Shown in pieces: positions 1 to 9,864 of a stretch of 58,439 nt of DNA. Source of the stretch: a virus (taxonomy: Duplodnaviria > Caudoviricetes); the IMG/VR virus record IMGVR_UViG_3300034091_000288, positions 1 through 58,439 of that record, one strand, 5' to 3'. Numbering within the stretch: position 1 is the stretch's first letter; each line of letters starts with the position of its first letter. A program made the position numbers and the translations under genes. The notes beneath the pieces were generated by a model. It saw only the letters and a program-made list of their open reading frames with translations. It was not told the origin of the DNA and searched no databases.

Positions 1-672
1 GTTTTCGAAGGAGAGCCGCAGCTTCGCCGCCGGGGTGGTGCTGACGCCGGAGGGGAGGGCCGCGTAATAGACGGTGTAGGTCGTCGGCCCGCTGCCGAAG
101 CTCAGCGTGTCGAGATAGACCGTCGCGCCGTAGGACGGCTGCCAGCGGTAGGAGCACGGCCAGTTGCGCCACTGCGCGTTGCTCGTGGGGTCCGGCCCCA
201 GGACCGCCTCATTCCAGCACGGGCAGGCATAGCTGCCGCTGCCCGAGGACGGGCTTCCCCCGTAGTCGTTGAAGGTGTAGCTGTAGTTGATGGTCTTGGT
301 GACGCCCACCACCGCGACGAAATTGGGGTCCGTGACGGTGACGCTTTGCGTCGCGTACGTCACCCCGAAGCTCTGCGACGTGAAGGTGAGCGGGTACTTC
401 GTGCTGTTCTGCCAGCACTGGAGAATGCCGAGGATGGGATTGTGTCCCAGGAGGAAGTCGATGTTCTCGATGTAGCTGGGCGGCCCGCCTTTCTTCGAGC
501 CCTTGCCCTTCTTGCCCGAGGGCCCTTCGCGAAGGTTCTGCGCCCAAATGGCGAGCAGCGGCGATTTCGTCCGCCCCATGATGAGCGGGATCGTGGCTCC
601 ATAGGTCGAAGCCTGCATCATCGAGCCCAGGGCCGTGGGTCGCGTCGCGGATTGGGACTTAGCGGCTCGCAT
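1..672 (-). CDS. Tail tip / central fibre protein (GTA megatron-like), N-terminal part, runs off window
   Basis: Not in ORF track. GGAGG then ATG at 672, reads MRAAKSQ...QASTYGATIPLIMGRTK; follows NlpC/P60 gene. Confidence 0.75.
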   Translation of the reverse strand, partial: MRAAKSQSATRPTALGSMMQASTYGATIPLIMGRTKSPLLAIWAQNLREGPSGKKGKGSKKGGPPSYIENIDFLLGHNPILGILQCWQNSTKYPLTFTSQSFGVTYATQSVTVTDPNFVAVVGVTKTINYSYTFNDYGGSPSSGSGSYACPCWNEAVLGPDPTSNAQWRNWPCSYRWQPSYGATVYLDTLSFGSGPTTYTVYYAALPSGVSTTPAAKLRLSFEN

Positions 673-1138
673 GGTCCTCCTTCCAAGGGCTGAACACCGC
701 CATCGCCCGGTGGGCCATGACCGCGTGGTTCGCGAGGTCGACTTCCTGCACCCGCTCTTCCAGGGCGTGAATGCCGCGTGGCCAGGCGGTCACGATGGCC
801 CCGTGGTTGAAGACCCGACTCTCCGCCACGCGGAACAGCACGAGGTCGCCGGGCCGGGCCGCCGGCGTGCCGATGCAGATGGCCTCGGCGATCTCCTGGG
901 CGTGGCGCAGCAAGCGGAACTTGTAGCGCTCCTCCGTGGTGTGGTGGAACCAGTCGGCGGCATAGACGGGCACCGGATCCCGTTGCTCTTCGTCCCGCGT
1001 CGCCGCGCCGATCTCGATGAGGTACTCGGCCAGCAGCATCGCGCAGTCCACCCCCGCGCCCTTGATGCGTCCCCCGAGGACGTAGGGCGTCCCAATCCAA
1101 CTGCGCGCGATCTCGACGGCTTCGGCTCGAGTTTTCAT
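659..1138 (-). CDS. NlpC/P60 tail-associated peptidase
   Basis: ARSWIGTPY...GVDC...HGAI...IHA catalytic motifs. Confidence 0.9.
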   Translation of the reverse strand: MKTRAEAVEIARSWIGTPYVLGGRIKGAGVDCAMLLAEYLIEIGAATRDEEQRDPVPVYAADWFHHTTEERYKFRLLRHAQEIAEAICIGTPAARPGDLVLFRVAESRVFNHGAIVTAWPRGIHALEERVQEVDLANHAVMAHRAMAVFSPWKEDHASR

Positions 1139-1167
1139 ATTAAAATATCAAAAATACAAAAATTCCC

Positions 1168-2088
1168 TCATCCCGCCGTCTCCGGGTCGGGCACGTACGG
1201 GAAGCCATAGTAGTCGCCGTCCGCCTGGTCGATGGGCGAGTGCGCCGAGACGTAGAACACGTCGCCGGGATTCGGCGTCCAGGGCATCGGCGAGAAAATC
1301 TGAAAAGCGTTGTGGTGGACGTGCGACGGGTCCTCGTAGTTGTAGTTCTGCGCGATGACGCTGTAGAGCCCGCCCAGCGTCGCATCCTTGCGGAACACGA
1401 GGTAGCCGTCCTGAAACGCATTGGTGCTGAAAATGTGGCTCACAAACCCCGGCGTCGTGCAGTCGCCATAGATGTCGTTGACGGTCGAGGCCGTCACCAC
1501 CGTGAAGGTGGGCAGGACCGACATGCCCGCCGGAGGCGTGCCGCCCGTGTAGCTCGCCAGCGGGTTCGTGACTTCGATCACCCCCGAGGGCACCTTCTGG
1601 TCGAGCACGTCGAGGTAGGAGTCCACGGTGAAGTGGATCTGCCCGCGCTCGACTTGCGTGTCGCCCACGTGCCCGCCGAACAGCTCGTAAGCGCCCCAGG
1701 TGTTCGCGTCGCCCTTGGTCGGCATGAGGCAGCGCCACATGCGCACCGGCCAGTGGTCGTAGTAGTGGAGCAGCGCGAGCCCGTAAGGGCTGGTGGTCTG
1801 CACCGAAGCGGTATAGGTGGGCGGCGGCGGCGACCAGGTGAGGTCCACGGACTTCGAATCCAGCCCGACTTCCGTGCTGATGCTGCTGTGCTTGATGACG
1901 GCGGGCTGAAACGTGCCCCAGTAGCTCCACAGCAGCGGGGACTCCCAATCGGTGAGCCAAAGCGCCGCCGGATCGTCCGGGGAGCCGATCAAATAGAGGT
2001 TGGCGAGGAGGATCTCCGAGCCCGCCCGTAGCGCCGCCTGGACCGTCGACGTCGTGTTCGTGCCCGTGCCGCTGAGGACTGTGCGCAT
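1168..2088 (-). CDS. Baseplate hub protein (DUF2163-like)
   Basis: Lies between Dit-like and NlpC genes; C-terminal YGFPYVPDPE. Confidence 0.75.
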   Translation of the reverse strand: MRTVLSGTGTNTTSTVQAALRAGSEILLANLYLIGSPDDPAALWLTDWESPLLWSYWGTFQPAVIKHSSISTEVGLDSKSVDLTWSPPPPTYTASVQTTSPYGLALLHYYDHWPVRMWRCLMPTKGDANTWGAYELFGGHVGDTQVERGQIHFTVDSYLDVLDQKVPSGVIEVTNPLASYTGGTPPAGMSVLPTFTVVTASTVNDIYGDCTTPGFVSHIFSTNAFQDGYLVFRKDATLGGLYSVIAQNYNYEDPSHVHHNAFQIFSPMPWTPNPGDVFYVSAHSPIDQADGDYYGFPYVPDPETAG

Positions 2089-2112
2089 CGAATTTCACGA
2101 ATTCATGAATTC

Positions 2113-2931
2113 TTAAAAACGGGCGCTCCGCAGCTCCAGGGTGCCCTTGCCGTTCTTCGCTTCCTGCCCGCCGATGGTCCACATCTGCGAGAGGAACTGC
2201 TCGAAGTCCTGGTCGTCGGTCGCAAACCGCACGCGGTAGTAATACTGAAACTGCGCGGTGATGGGAGCGGTGGGCGTGGCCACGTTGGTCCAGGCGATGT
2301 ATTTCCCCATGAAAGAAGCGCCCGGCAGAGCCAGGCCGGGGCCCGCGAGGGTGTAGTTGTACGGCGTCGCCATCTTCGTGCCGTTGGCATAGACGATGGG
2401 CGTGCTCACCACGTCCGTGATGTCGTCCTGAAAGAGCCCGCCCCAATTCAGTTGCAGCGGCGAGTAGTAGTTGCCGGCGCCGTCGTTCAGCAGTTGCAGC
2501 TGCGCGGGCCGGTAGGTCTGCGTGCCCGCCGTGTTGGGCGTGCCCGAGGCCGCCGCCGGGCTGTTGGGCAGCGTGGGCGGCGTGGTCGCCGCGAGCACCG
2601 TGATGGCGGGGCCGAAGTAGCAGACCAAGCCGCCGTTCAGGTCCGTGGGGTCGGGGAACAGGAAGGAATCGTACTGCCCCGCGCGCGCCAGGAAGAAACC
2701 CAGGAAGGTCTGGTAGTCGGTGTAGGGCGCGAAGGGCTGGGTGTTGTTGGCGCTCGGGAACTGGTCGTAGAGCCATTCGTAAATGAGCGTCCACTTGTAG
2801 ATGGGGTTCACCGTCTGCCGGATGCGCGTCTCGTATTCGTTGGCCCCGGTCTGGATGATGGTGTTGAAGGTGGGCGTTTTCAGCACGTCGATCTTCAGGC
2901 CCTTGATCGTGGGATAGACGGCGTTGCTCAT
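2113..2931 (-). CDS. Distal tail protein (DUF2460-like)
   Basis: Start reassigned to MSNAVYP; KTPTFNTIIQTG..E.R, FFLARAGQYDSFLFPDP, YYYRVRF; follows tape measure. Confidence 0.8.
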   Translation of the reverse strand: MSNAVYPTIKGLKIDVLKTPTFNTIIQTGANEYETRIRQTVNPIYKWTLIYEWLYDQFPSANNTQPFAPYTDYQTFLGFFLARAGQYDSFLFPDPTDLNGGLVCYFGPAITVLAATTPPTLPNSPAAASGTPNTAGTQTYRPAQLQLLNDGAGNYYSPLQLNWGGLFQDDITDVVSTPIVYANGTKMATPYNYTLAGPGLALPGASFMGKYIAWTNVATPTAPITAQFQYYYRVRFATDDQDFEQFLSQMWTIGGQEAKNGKGTLELRSARF

Positions 2932-5900
2932 AGCGAGGGCAAACCTCCCCGGCGCAGTTCGCGGCGCATCATTTGGGAGAGCTGGCGGGAGTGGCGGTGG
3001 GACGTGTCCTCCAGTTCGCGCTTGTTGGTGCCGCTGATCTGCGGCGCGTAGTTCAGGCGCAGGTTGCGCGTGTTCATGGTCGACGTCGGCGCGGTCAGGG
3101 GAGCGCTGGGCCGGAAGCTGGCCGGATTGAGGGCCGCCTGGAGCGGCGTCGAGATGTGCGCGGGCAGCACCATTTCGTGCGGGTGGAGGACGGCGACCAT
3201 TTCCTCTTTGGTGAGCGCGCCCGCCGCCGCGCTGCCGATGGAGATCGTCTGCGCCATCGCGGCCATCGCCATCGCGGGGGCCAGGGGCAGGTTCGCCGGG
3301 AAGGGCACCGCCATCATGACGTTCGCGTACTGCGCCGCGCCCGCCACGCCCGCTTCCGCCATCACGTTGGCCATCGCCGCGGATTTGTGCTGCGATATGC
3401 CCAAGATCGACTCGACGATCCAGGTTTCGATCATCTGCAAGATGTAGTTGATGACCGCCTTGGAGAGCGCCATCCACGACTGCATGATGGCCTTCGAGAA
3501 TTTCTCCTGGCCCATCGCCCAGGAGGTCACGGCGCTGTTGAACTCCGTGCTGAGCTGTTTGATCGAAAGCACGCCCTGCTGGGACATCGACAGCCAGAGG
3601 CGCGCGGACTGCGCCGCCAAGCCCTTGTGGCTGGCTTCCCAACGGGTGACGAAGGCGTCGAAGTCGCGGCTCGCGGTGTCCAAACTCTTCTTGGTATCGC
3701 GCTCGAACTGCCGGTTCACATCGGCTTCGTCCGCGATGCGCTTGCGCTCCAGCGCCTTCAGTTGGTTTTCGTAAGCGGTGTATTCGGCGGTCGCTTCCTT
3801 GTGCCACGCTTTGAGCAGGGCCATCTGCGCCGCGACGCCGGACTCTTCGACGCGGTACTCCTCGTCGATCGCGGCGAGCTGTTGCGCGCGCCGCTCGCTG
3901 GCGGAGAGCCGGTTCATCGCGTATTCCTGGTCGATGTCCCGGCGGCGGATGGAGAGCCGCTCCTTGGCCAGTTCATTGGCGTCCGCGACCTGGGCCGTGA
4001 GCGTGCGCTTCTCGTCCGCCTCGATGAGGTGGTTGCCTTCCTGCCGGGCCTTCGCCTGGTCGAGCGCGCCTTTGCGGATGATCTCGGTGATCTTGTCCTG
4101 GATCTCCTTGATCTTCGCCGCGTTGTCGCCGCCCGCCTTGATGGTCTCCGCCAGCTCCCCTTCCAGGGCCATCTTCTCGATGTCGGTGCGGCGGCGGGCG
4201 AAGTCTTGCAGCATCCGGGCGTAGGCGGCCGCGTTGATCTCGCGATTGGCGTACTGCTCCTTGGCGGTGAATTCATCGACGGCCAGCACATCCTCCGACG
4301 CGCGCTTCGCCTGCGCCACATCCTCGCGGGCCATGGCTTCGTCCTGCGCCTTGCGCTTCGCCGCCGTCTCCCCGCGCAGCTCCGCATCCTTGGCCGCCCA
4401 CTTTTCCTCGACGGCGGCGCGCTCGCCTTCGATACTCGTGAGGTCCGCCTTCTCGCCTTTGACGCCCGCCATCTTCTTCGCCAGGGCTTCCTTGCGGTTG
4501 TAATAGTCCTCCTCGTAGGTGAGCTTCATGTTGTTCAGCGTGCGGAGTTGAGTCAGCTCCTGCTCGCTGGTCGTTTCGCCCAGGGTGTGCGCGCGCTTGA
4601 TCGCGGCTTCCTGTGCGGTGAACTGCGCATCCCGGAGTTTCTTTTCCGCCGCCAGCGCTTCTTCGGCGCGCTTGGGGCCTTCGTCGGCCCGCAGCGCCTC
4701 GTGATACATCTTGTCGAGCGCGGCAGGCACTTCTTCGCCGAGGGCGAGATACTGGTTGCGCAGCACTTGGATGGCGGGAGTCATGGCGGCCAGCGTGGCC
4801 TTCACGTTCTCGCCGCGCGAGCTGGCTTCGCTCTCCGCGTGCTGCAAGACCGCCAACTGCTGCCCCAGCGCCTTGACAGCTTCGGCTTGCTTATCGACCT
4901 TGGCAGGCGTGTCGGCGTCGCCCAAAACCTTGTCGAACCAGTGCTCCAAGCCGACCAAGGGCCGCAGCACGAGCCCCAGGCCCTCGGCGAGCCGCTGGAG
5001 TCCGATGGCCACGGTGGCGGCGATGGGCGCGAAAATCATCCCCAGCTCGTTGGAGATGGCGTGCCAGGCTTCCTTGCTCTTCGCCAACTCACCGTTCACG
5101 TCCTCGCCCAGCTGGATGCCGAATTTGTCGATGACATCACCCGCCTTCTCGTGCTCGGCGCGGAATTCCGCAGCGGACTTGCCCGACTCCTTCTGCATTT
5201 CGGCTTCTTGCTTCAAGACTTCCACGAGCATCATGCCGCGCCGGCCGAGCAGTTCTTTCATTTCCGCCGCAGTCTTGTCTGCGGTGTTCTCGTCCATGAG
5301 CTTGCTGACCAGCACGTCGGCGGCTTCGCCCTCCTGCATCCCCGCGATGCCGAGCTTGCGCAGCATGTCCGCGTGGCGTCCGCCGCTTTCCAGGCCGCGG
5401 GTGAGTTCCATGTTCAGCATCAGCATCCCGTAGCGCCCGGCTTCCGCGCCCAGCCCCGCCCGTTCCGAGGCTTCCCCGAGCAACTGGTACTGGGTCGTGC
5501 TGATGCCCATGAGGTCGGCCTGCGTCGCGATCTGCCGTGCGTTCTGAGCGAAGGCCGCGCCCATTTCGTACGCGCCCACGGTCAGCGCCGCGCAGGCGGC
5601 AATGACAATGCCGATTTCCCCGCCCGTAGAGGCCAGGACGCTTTCAAACTCCCCGAAGGTCGAAGTGACTTGACCCACGGGCACGCCCACCTGCCCGCCG
5701 ATGCTGGTGCCCAGGCGCTCGAACAGGCCCATGAGGCTCGAGCTCGACTCGCCCGTCGCTTTCTGCGCGGCCGCGAGTTTTTCGTGGGCCCCGGCCGCAC
5801 CTTGCATCGCTTTGGCCAGGCGGGAGATGTTATCTTCGGTGGCTTCCTTCGTGGCGGCTTCCTGCGCGGCGCGGACTTCCTTGAGGGCGCTGGCGTACTC

Positions 5901-6128
5901 CAGGCTGGCCTCCGCCACGTCCTCCCACGCCGCGCGCGTGCGCACGCTCGCGTCAAACAACTCCTGGGTTTTCTTCACCACCTCGTCGAGCGCGCCCGAC
6001 GCGGCGTTTTGGGTGCTTTGCGCCTCGACCGCGAGATCGTGCAGCGCAGACTTCACTTCCGCGCAATGGCGCACGAGATCGGCGCTGCCGTCGGTCGAGA
6101 GTTGAAGGCGAAGCGGTTCAGCGCCCAC
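2928..6128 (-). CDS. Tape measure protein
   Basis: 1066 aa, Ala/Glu/Lys-rich helical, C-terminal LHPHEMVLPA; follows chaperone. Confidence 0.9.
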   Translation of the reverse strand: MGAEPLRLQLSTDGSADLVRHCAEVKSALHDLAVEAQSTQNAASGALDEVVKKTQELFDASVRTRAAWEDVAEASLEYASALKEVRAAQEAATKEATEDNISRLAKAMQGAAGAHEKLAAAQKATGESSSSLMGLFERLGTSIGGQVGVPVGQVTSTFGEFESVLASTGGEIGIVIAACAALTVGAYEMGAAFAQNARQIATQADLMGISTTQYQLLGEASERAGLGAEAGRYGMLMLNMELTRGLESGGRHADMLRKLGIAGMQEGEAADVLVSKLMDENTADKTAAEMKELLGRRGMMLVEVLKQEAEMQKESGKSAAEFRAEHEKAGDVIDKFGIQLGEDVNGELAKSKEAWHAISNELGMIFAPIAATVAIGLQRLAEGLGLVLRPLVGLEHWFDKVLGDADTPAKVDKQAEAVKALGQQLAVLQHAESEASSRGENVKATLAAMTPAIQVLRNQYLALGEEVPAALDKMYHEALRADEGPKRAEEALAAEKKLRDAQFTAQEAAIKRAHTLGETTSEQELTQLRTLNNMKLTYEEDYYNRKEALAKKMAGVKGEKADLTSIEGERAAVEEKWAAKDAELRGETAAKRKAQDEAMAREDVAQAKRASEDVLAVDEFTAKEQYANREINAAAYARMLQDFARRRTDIEKMALEGELAETIKAGGDNAAKIKEIQDKITEIIRKGALDQAKARQEGNHLIEADEKRTLTAQVADANELAKERLSIRRRDIDQEYAMNRLSASERRAQQLAAIDEEYRVEESGVAAQMALLKAWHKEATAEYTAYENQLKALERKRIADEADVNRQFERDTKKSLDTASRDFDAFVTRWEASHKGLAAQSARLWLSMSQQGVLSIKQLSTEFNSAVTSWAMGQEKFSKAIMQSWMALSKAVINYILQMIETWIVESILGISQHKSAAMANVMAEAGVAGAAQYANVMMAVPFPANLPLAPAMAMAAMAQTISIGSAAAGALTKEEMVAVLHPHEMVLPAHISTPLQAALNPASFRPSAPLTAPTSTMNTRNLRLNYAPQISGTNKRELEDTSHRHSRQLSQMMRRELRRGGLPSL

Positions 6129-6477
6129 GGCTGCTCCTTTCCCGCGCCAGCGCTTGCACGTCGGGCGGCAGGCCCGCGAAGGCTTTGGGGGGCAACTGAT
6201 GCATCAAGAGTTTCTCGGCGTCGCTGAGCTGCGGCGCGGGCGGGCGTCCCGGCGGTGGAGGTTCGTTGGTTTTAGCTCCGAGCGCGGCCGCGACCAGCCG
6301 CGTCAGTTGTTGCAGGGCGAGATGAGGGGGCGGGTACCGCCGAATGTAGTCGCACAATTCCAGCACCGTGGGAAATTCCAGGGCATTGATCGAGCCAACG
6401 CTCCCGCCTTCTACTCCCGCGAGGACGAAGCAACCCCGGATGTCGCGGAGGAGTCCGAGGTCGCGGGCGCTTCCCCC
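6118..6477 (-). CDS. Frameshift extension of tail chaperone (gpGT-like)
   Basis: Slippery GGGGGAA at 6477-6471; -1 frame reads GGSARDLGLL...YPPPH to stop at 6118. Confidence 0.7.
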   Translation of the reverse strand, partial: GGSARDLGLLRDIRGCFVLAGVEGGSVGSINALEFPTVLELCDYIRRYPPPHLALQQLTRLVAAALGAKTNEPPPPGRPPAPQLSDAEKLLMHQLPPKAFAGLPPDVQALARERSSRGR

Positions 6478-6797
6478 GGGGCACCCGAAGCCTCGCCCGG
6501 CTTGGGCTCGCGGAAGACGCCGGTGAACTTCAGAATGTCCACCGCCAGCAGGCGGAAGATGAGCATCGGGTCCATCTTGGCCCGCACGCTCGCATAGTCC
6601 CAGGGCTGGCCTTCGCCGTCGCGGGCGTTGTTCAAGGAAGGGGCCACCACGGTTTCGATGGTGTGCCGCAGCGCCCGGTCCTCCGGGGCCACGCCCTCTT
6701 GCGGGGCCGGCCCCTTCCAGTAGGCCTCGACTTGCTCCAGCGTCAGCGGCGTGATCGTGTAGCTGTCGCCGTCGTACGTCACGACTTTCTTGCGCAT
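6411..6797 (-). CDS. Tail assembly chaperone (gpG-like)
   Basis: MRKKVVTYDGDSYTITPLTL..., between tail tube and tape measure genes. Confidence 0.75.
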   Translation of the reverse strand: MRKKVVTYDGDSYTITPLTLEQVEAYWKGPAPQEGVAPEDRALRHTIETVVAPSLNNARDGEGQPWDYASVRAKMDPMLIFRLLAVDILKFTGVFREPKPGEASGAPGEAPATSDSSATSGVASSSRE

Positions 6798-6851
6798 CGG
6801 TTGCTCCTGACCGAGTGAAGTGCTGGGTTTTGTTAAAGGGGACCCAGCAAC

Positions 6852-6890
6852 CCCTCTTTCGTGTCCGTGGAGCGACGGGCACAAAAGAGG
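6852..6890 (-). terminator. Long hairpin downstream of tail tube genes
   Basis: CCTCTTTcGTGtCCGT...ACGGgCACaAAAGAGG inverted repeat; no clear U-tract. Confidence 0.4.
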
Positions 6891-6900
6891 TCGAACTTCG

Positions 6901-7890
6901 CTAGGCGCTGATCTGGAAAAAGTCCAGCACATTTCCAGCCGCGTTCGCATAGGCTTCAAACTCGAAGTCGGAGATCACGTAGTTGTCGCGCTTCAAAGGA
7001 TTCGACATCTTCGAAGCCCGCACCGCGTACAGGTGGACGCCATTGGTCCCCTGGTACGGCTCCAACAAGAAGAGTTCGAAGGTGGGCCCATAGCCCTGAA
7101 GGTGATTCATCACGGTGAGGGTGCGGCCGTCCGAGTTCGTGTACACGTAGCTGATGAGGACGGCGGTGCCCGCTTCCGTGGACTTGAAGGTATAGACGCC
7201 GTTGTAGGTCCCGGCCACGGAGTAGGTGCCCGCGACCGAAACGCTGGCGACCCGGATGAGCGGCTGGCCGGTGCTGGAATAGCGCGCGCCCAAGTCCACG
7301 GTGGCCAGGGTGGCATAGTTGACGGTGATCGTGTACGTCCCGGTCACCGTAATATCGACTTTGAGCCCGGTGCCCGAGCCGCCCGTGGTCGTGCAGCTCG
7401 ACGTGGTCGCGTAGCCCGTGCCGGGCACCCAAATCTGCACGGTGCTGACCGCGCCCAGCGCTCCGACCGTGAGGACCTTGCCGACGCCGCCCGTGCCGCC
7501 GCCGCCCGTGATGTTGAACAAGTCGCCCGCGACGTAGTTCGTTCCCAAGTTACCGGCGTGGGGGACCATGACCTCGATGCCGCTGGCGCCGGGGATCACA
7601 TGGTATTCATCGGGCGCGACGGCGCTGATGCCCGAGGCGATGCTCTCGGCGTAGAACAGCGAGTTGTAGATGTCGAGTTCGATGTTGGCGAACCCGCCCT
7701 TGCCCGTGACCTTCATGTCGGACGGGGCCACGTCGTCGGGAAATTTGTTCTGCCCGTAGAGCGGGACCAGCTTTTGGCTGATCTCCAGGTCCACGTTCTG
7801 CACGGTGCCAAAGCGCTGCGGCCACGAGGGCGTCGCCGCGTTGCCCCCCGTGGGGTTGCCGTACATTCCCCCGATTCCGAATTGCAACAT
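6901..7890 (-). CDS. Tail tube protein paralog 2 with Gly/Thr-rich insertion
   Basis: N- and C-termini nearly identical to 7915-8649; extra central segment. Confidence 0.8.
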   Translation of the reverse strand: MLQFGIGGMYGNPTGGNAATPSWPQRFGTVQNVDLEISQKLVPLYGQNKFPDDVAPSDMKVTGKGGFANIELDIYNSLFYAESIASGISAVAPDEYHVIPGASGIEVMVPHAGNLGTNYVAGDLFNITGGGGTGGVGKVLTVGALGAVSTVQIWVPGTGYATTSSCTTTGGSGTGLKVDITVTGTYTITVNYATLATVDLGARYSSTGQPLIRVASVSVAGTYSVAGTYNGVYTFKSTEAGTAVLISYVYTNSDGRTLTVMNHLQGYGPTFELFLLEPYQGTNGVHLYAVRASKMSNPLKRDNYVISDFEFEAYANAAGNVLDFFQISA

Positions 7891-7914
7891 TGGATAATAC
7901 CTCCACAGCGGTTA

Positions 7915-8649
7915 TTAGGCGCTGATCTGGAAGAAGTCGATCACGTTCCCGGCCGCGTTCGCGAAGCCCTCGAACTCGAAGTCGCTGATGACATAGTTGT
8001 CCCGCTTGAGCGGGTTGCTCATCTTGGAGGCGCGCACCGAATAGAGATGCACGCCGTTCGTGCCCTGGTAGGGCTCCAGGAGGAACAGCTCGAAGGTCGG
8101 GCCGTAGCCCTGGATATGGTTCGTGACGGTGAGCGTGCGCCCGGTCGTGAGCGTGTAGGTGTAGGAGATGAGCACCGGGAAGGCGCTGGCCACGTCCGTG
8201 GCGTTGAAGGAGTAAGCTGCTCCCGTGTTGTTGTACTGTCCGACCCCCACGCCCGCGTTCTTGATGAGGGGCTTGCCCGTCGTGCCGTTGACCACGCCCA
8301 GGTCTTCGCCGAAGGTGCCGCTGCTGGGCGGGACGACGGTGACGGTGCCGGCGATGGCATGGCTTTCCTCCGGGCTCACGGCGGTGATGCCCGTCGCCAC
8401 GGTGTCGCCGTAGAAGAGGGCGTTGTAAATGTCGATCTCGATATTCGCAAAGCCTCCCTTCCCGGTCACCTTCATGTCGCTGGGCGCGACATCATCCGGA
8501 AACTTGTTTTGCCCATAGAGGGGCACGAGCTTCTGGCTGATTTCGAGGTCCACATTCTGGACCGTGCCGAAACGCTGCGGCCACGAGGGCGTCGCCGCGT
8601 TGCCCCCCGTGGGGTTGCCGTACATTCCCCCGATTCCGAATTGGAGCAT
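7915..8649 (-). CDS. Major tail tube protein
   Basis: MLQFGIG...FGTVQNVDLEIS..LVPLYGQNKFP..VA; position; strong RBS. Confidence 0.8.
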   Translation of the reverse strand: MLQFGIGGMYGNPTGGNAATPSWPQRFGTVQNVDLEISQKLVPLYGQNKFPDDVAPSDMKVTGKGGFANIEIDIYNALFYGDTVATGITAVSPEESHAIAGTVTVVPPSSGTFGEDLGVVNGTTGKPLIKNAGVGVGQYNNTGAAYSFNATDVASAFPVLISYTYTLTTGRTLTVTNHIQGYGPTFELFLLEPYQGTNGVHLYSVRASKMSNPLKRDNYVISDFEFEGFANAAGNVIDFFQISA

Positions 8650-8717
8650 GAGCGTGACCTCCTGGTGAGAGACACGCGAGCCTCTGTCCTCTCGACGGTG
8701 GCTCGCGTTCCGAAAGA

Positions 8718-8746
8718 ACCGTAGCGGCCTAGATTTGAGTCTGCAA
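8718..8746 (-). promoter_or_regulatory. Putative late promoter
   Basis: TTGCAG-actcaaatctaggccgc(17)-TACGGT. Confidence 0.55.
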
Positions 8747-8762
8747 GCCGAAAGTTACGGGG

Positions 8763-9263
8763 CTAGTCGCCCGTGACGACATGGATGGGCAGTTCCATCG
8801 CGCACTGAACGTCCAAAACGCCCGCTTGGATGGTCACGGCACCGTCCATCCAGGCGTTTTCCACGAGCCCGCCGAGGGTCTGTTTTTCACCGTGCGGCTG
8901 CCAGGTGGCGGCCTGGGTGGGGTTGGTGGGCTTGCCGCGCACCGCGTTGAAGATCGCGAGCCCGGCCTGGTTGAGCAACTGCTGCGGGATGATCGGCGTG
9001 CCCGCAGGGTTGGGCGGGTAGCCCGCGGCATCCGCGCGCGTGTAGACGAGCACGACGTATTCCAGCTCGAAGCGGGTGATGCCGTAGGCTTGGGGCTGCG
9101 TGGGCACCCACCGCGTCGGCACCAGGAACAGGGCGGGCTGGTCCTTGGGGTCGATGTTGGGCCACACCTTGGGATGGCGGCTCTTGGTCACGAAGGGAAA
9201 CGCGCTGACCGCGTTGCAGACGAGGGTAAAGAGCGCGGCTTCTATGGCTTCGGGGTTAAACAT
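8763..9263 (-). CDS. Tail terminator-like protein
   Basis: QPALFL and QTLGGLVEN motifs; immediately before tail tube gene. Confidence 0.65.
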   Translation of the reverse strand: MFNPEAIEAALFTLVCNAVSAFPFVTKSRHPKVWPNIDPKDQPALFLVPTRWVPTQPQAYGITRFELEYVVLVYTRADAAGYPPNPAGTPIIPQQLLNQAGLAIFNAVRGKPTNPTQAATWQPHGEKQTLGGLVENAWMDGAVTIQAGVLDVQCAMELPIHVVTGD

Positions 9264-9280
9264 TCAAGTCTCCCTTGAAG

Positions 9281-9296
9281 GGTTCCACGTGGAACG
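9281..9296. promoter_or_regulatory. parS: parS-like palindrome
   Basis: gGTTCCACGTGGAACg matches chromosomal parS form TGTTCCACGTGGAACA at 14/16; intergenic. Confidence 0.65.
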
Positions 9297-9363
9297 TATC
9301 ACAAAATTGTGATACGGGAGGGACGGGAGGGACCGCTCATTTCAGACGTACGGGCCGCTCCCA

Positions 9364-9864
9364 TTAGGCCCCCAGGTTCGCCACGGCGTCCTGCATCTCG
9401 CTCACGATGAAGTCCCGCATCTCTTCCAGGCTGGCGCGCATGAAGCTGCGTTCCGGCATGACCACGGTGAACGCCTTCACCGCGAAGGTCTTGGCCCCCA
9501 GGACTTTGCCGCGCTTGTCGAGAGCCCGCCGCACGCCCTCGCGCGCGGGCACGGCCCAGGATCCCCCGAACTCATGCACGCGCCCGTACCAGGCCGGGCC
9601 GCCGGCGCCCTCCACGTAGCCGACCAGTCCGTCGCCGCTCACGGCGGTGGGGATCATCCGGATGGAGCCGATCAGCTTGCCGCTGCGCTGGTGGAGGAGT
9701 TTGGCGCTGAAACCGGCGGGCGCGGAAAGGTGCTCGGTCTGGATGTAGTTTTGCAGGCGCGCGAGCAGCTCGTCCATCTTGGCGCGCAGGGCGTCGTTGA
9801 TCTCGCCGGGCAGCGCATCGAGCCGGGCCGCGACTTCCGCTTCGTTCACCGTGATGCGAATCAC
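9364..9864 (-). CDS. Tail completion / neck protein (HK97 gp10-like)
   Basis: GTG start; RSGKLIGSI, YGRVHEFGG, MPERSFMR motifs. Confidence 0.75.
   Translation of the reverse strand: MIRITVNEAEVAARLDALPGEINDALRAKMDELLARLQNYIQTEHLSAPAGFSAKLLHQRSGKLIGSIRMIPTAVSGDGLVGYVEGAGGPAWYGRVHEFGGSWAVPAREGVRRALDKRGKVLGAKTFAVKAFTVVMPERSFMRASLEEMRDFIVSEMQDAVANLGA

Noticed and set aside
2090-2112. GAATTCATGAATTC palindrome, plus AT-rich spacer at 1139-1167
   Set aside because: Single short elements without recurrence or promoter context.
6901-8649. Diversity-generating retroelement template/variable pair
   Set aside because: Differences are mostly synonymous rather than adenine-specific, and no reverse transcriptase is present.
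9281-9316. Protelomerase target or dif site
   Set aside because: Palindromes are short, there is no XerC/D consensus, and no protelomerase is seen.
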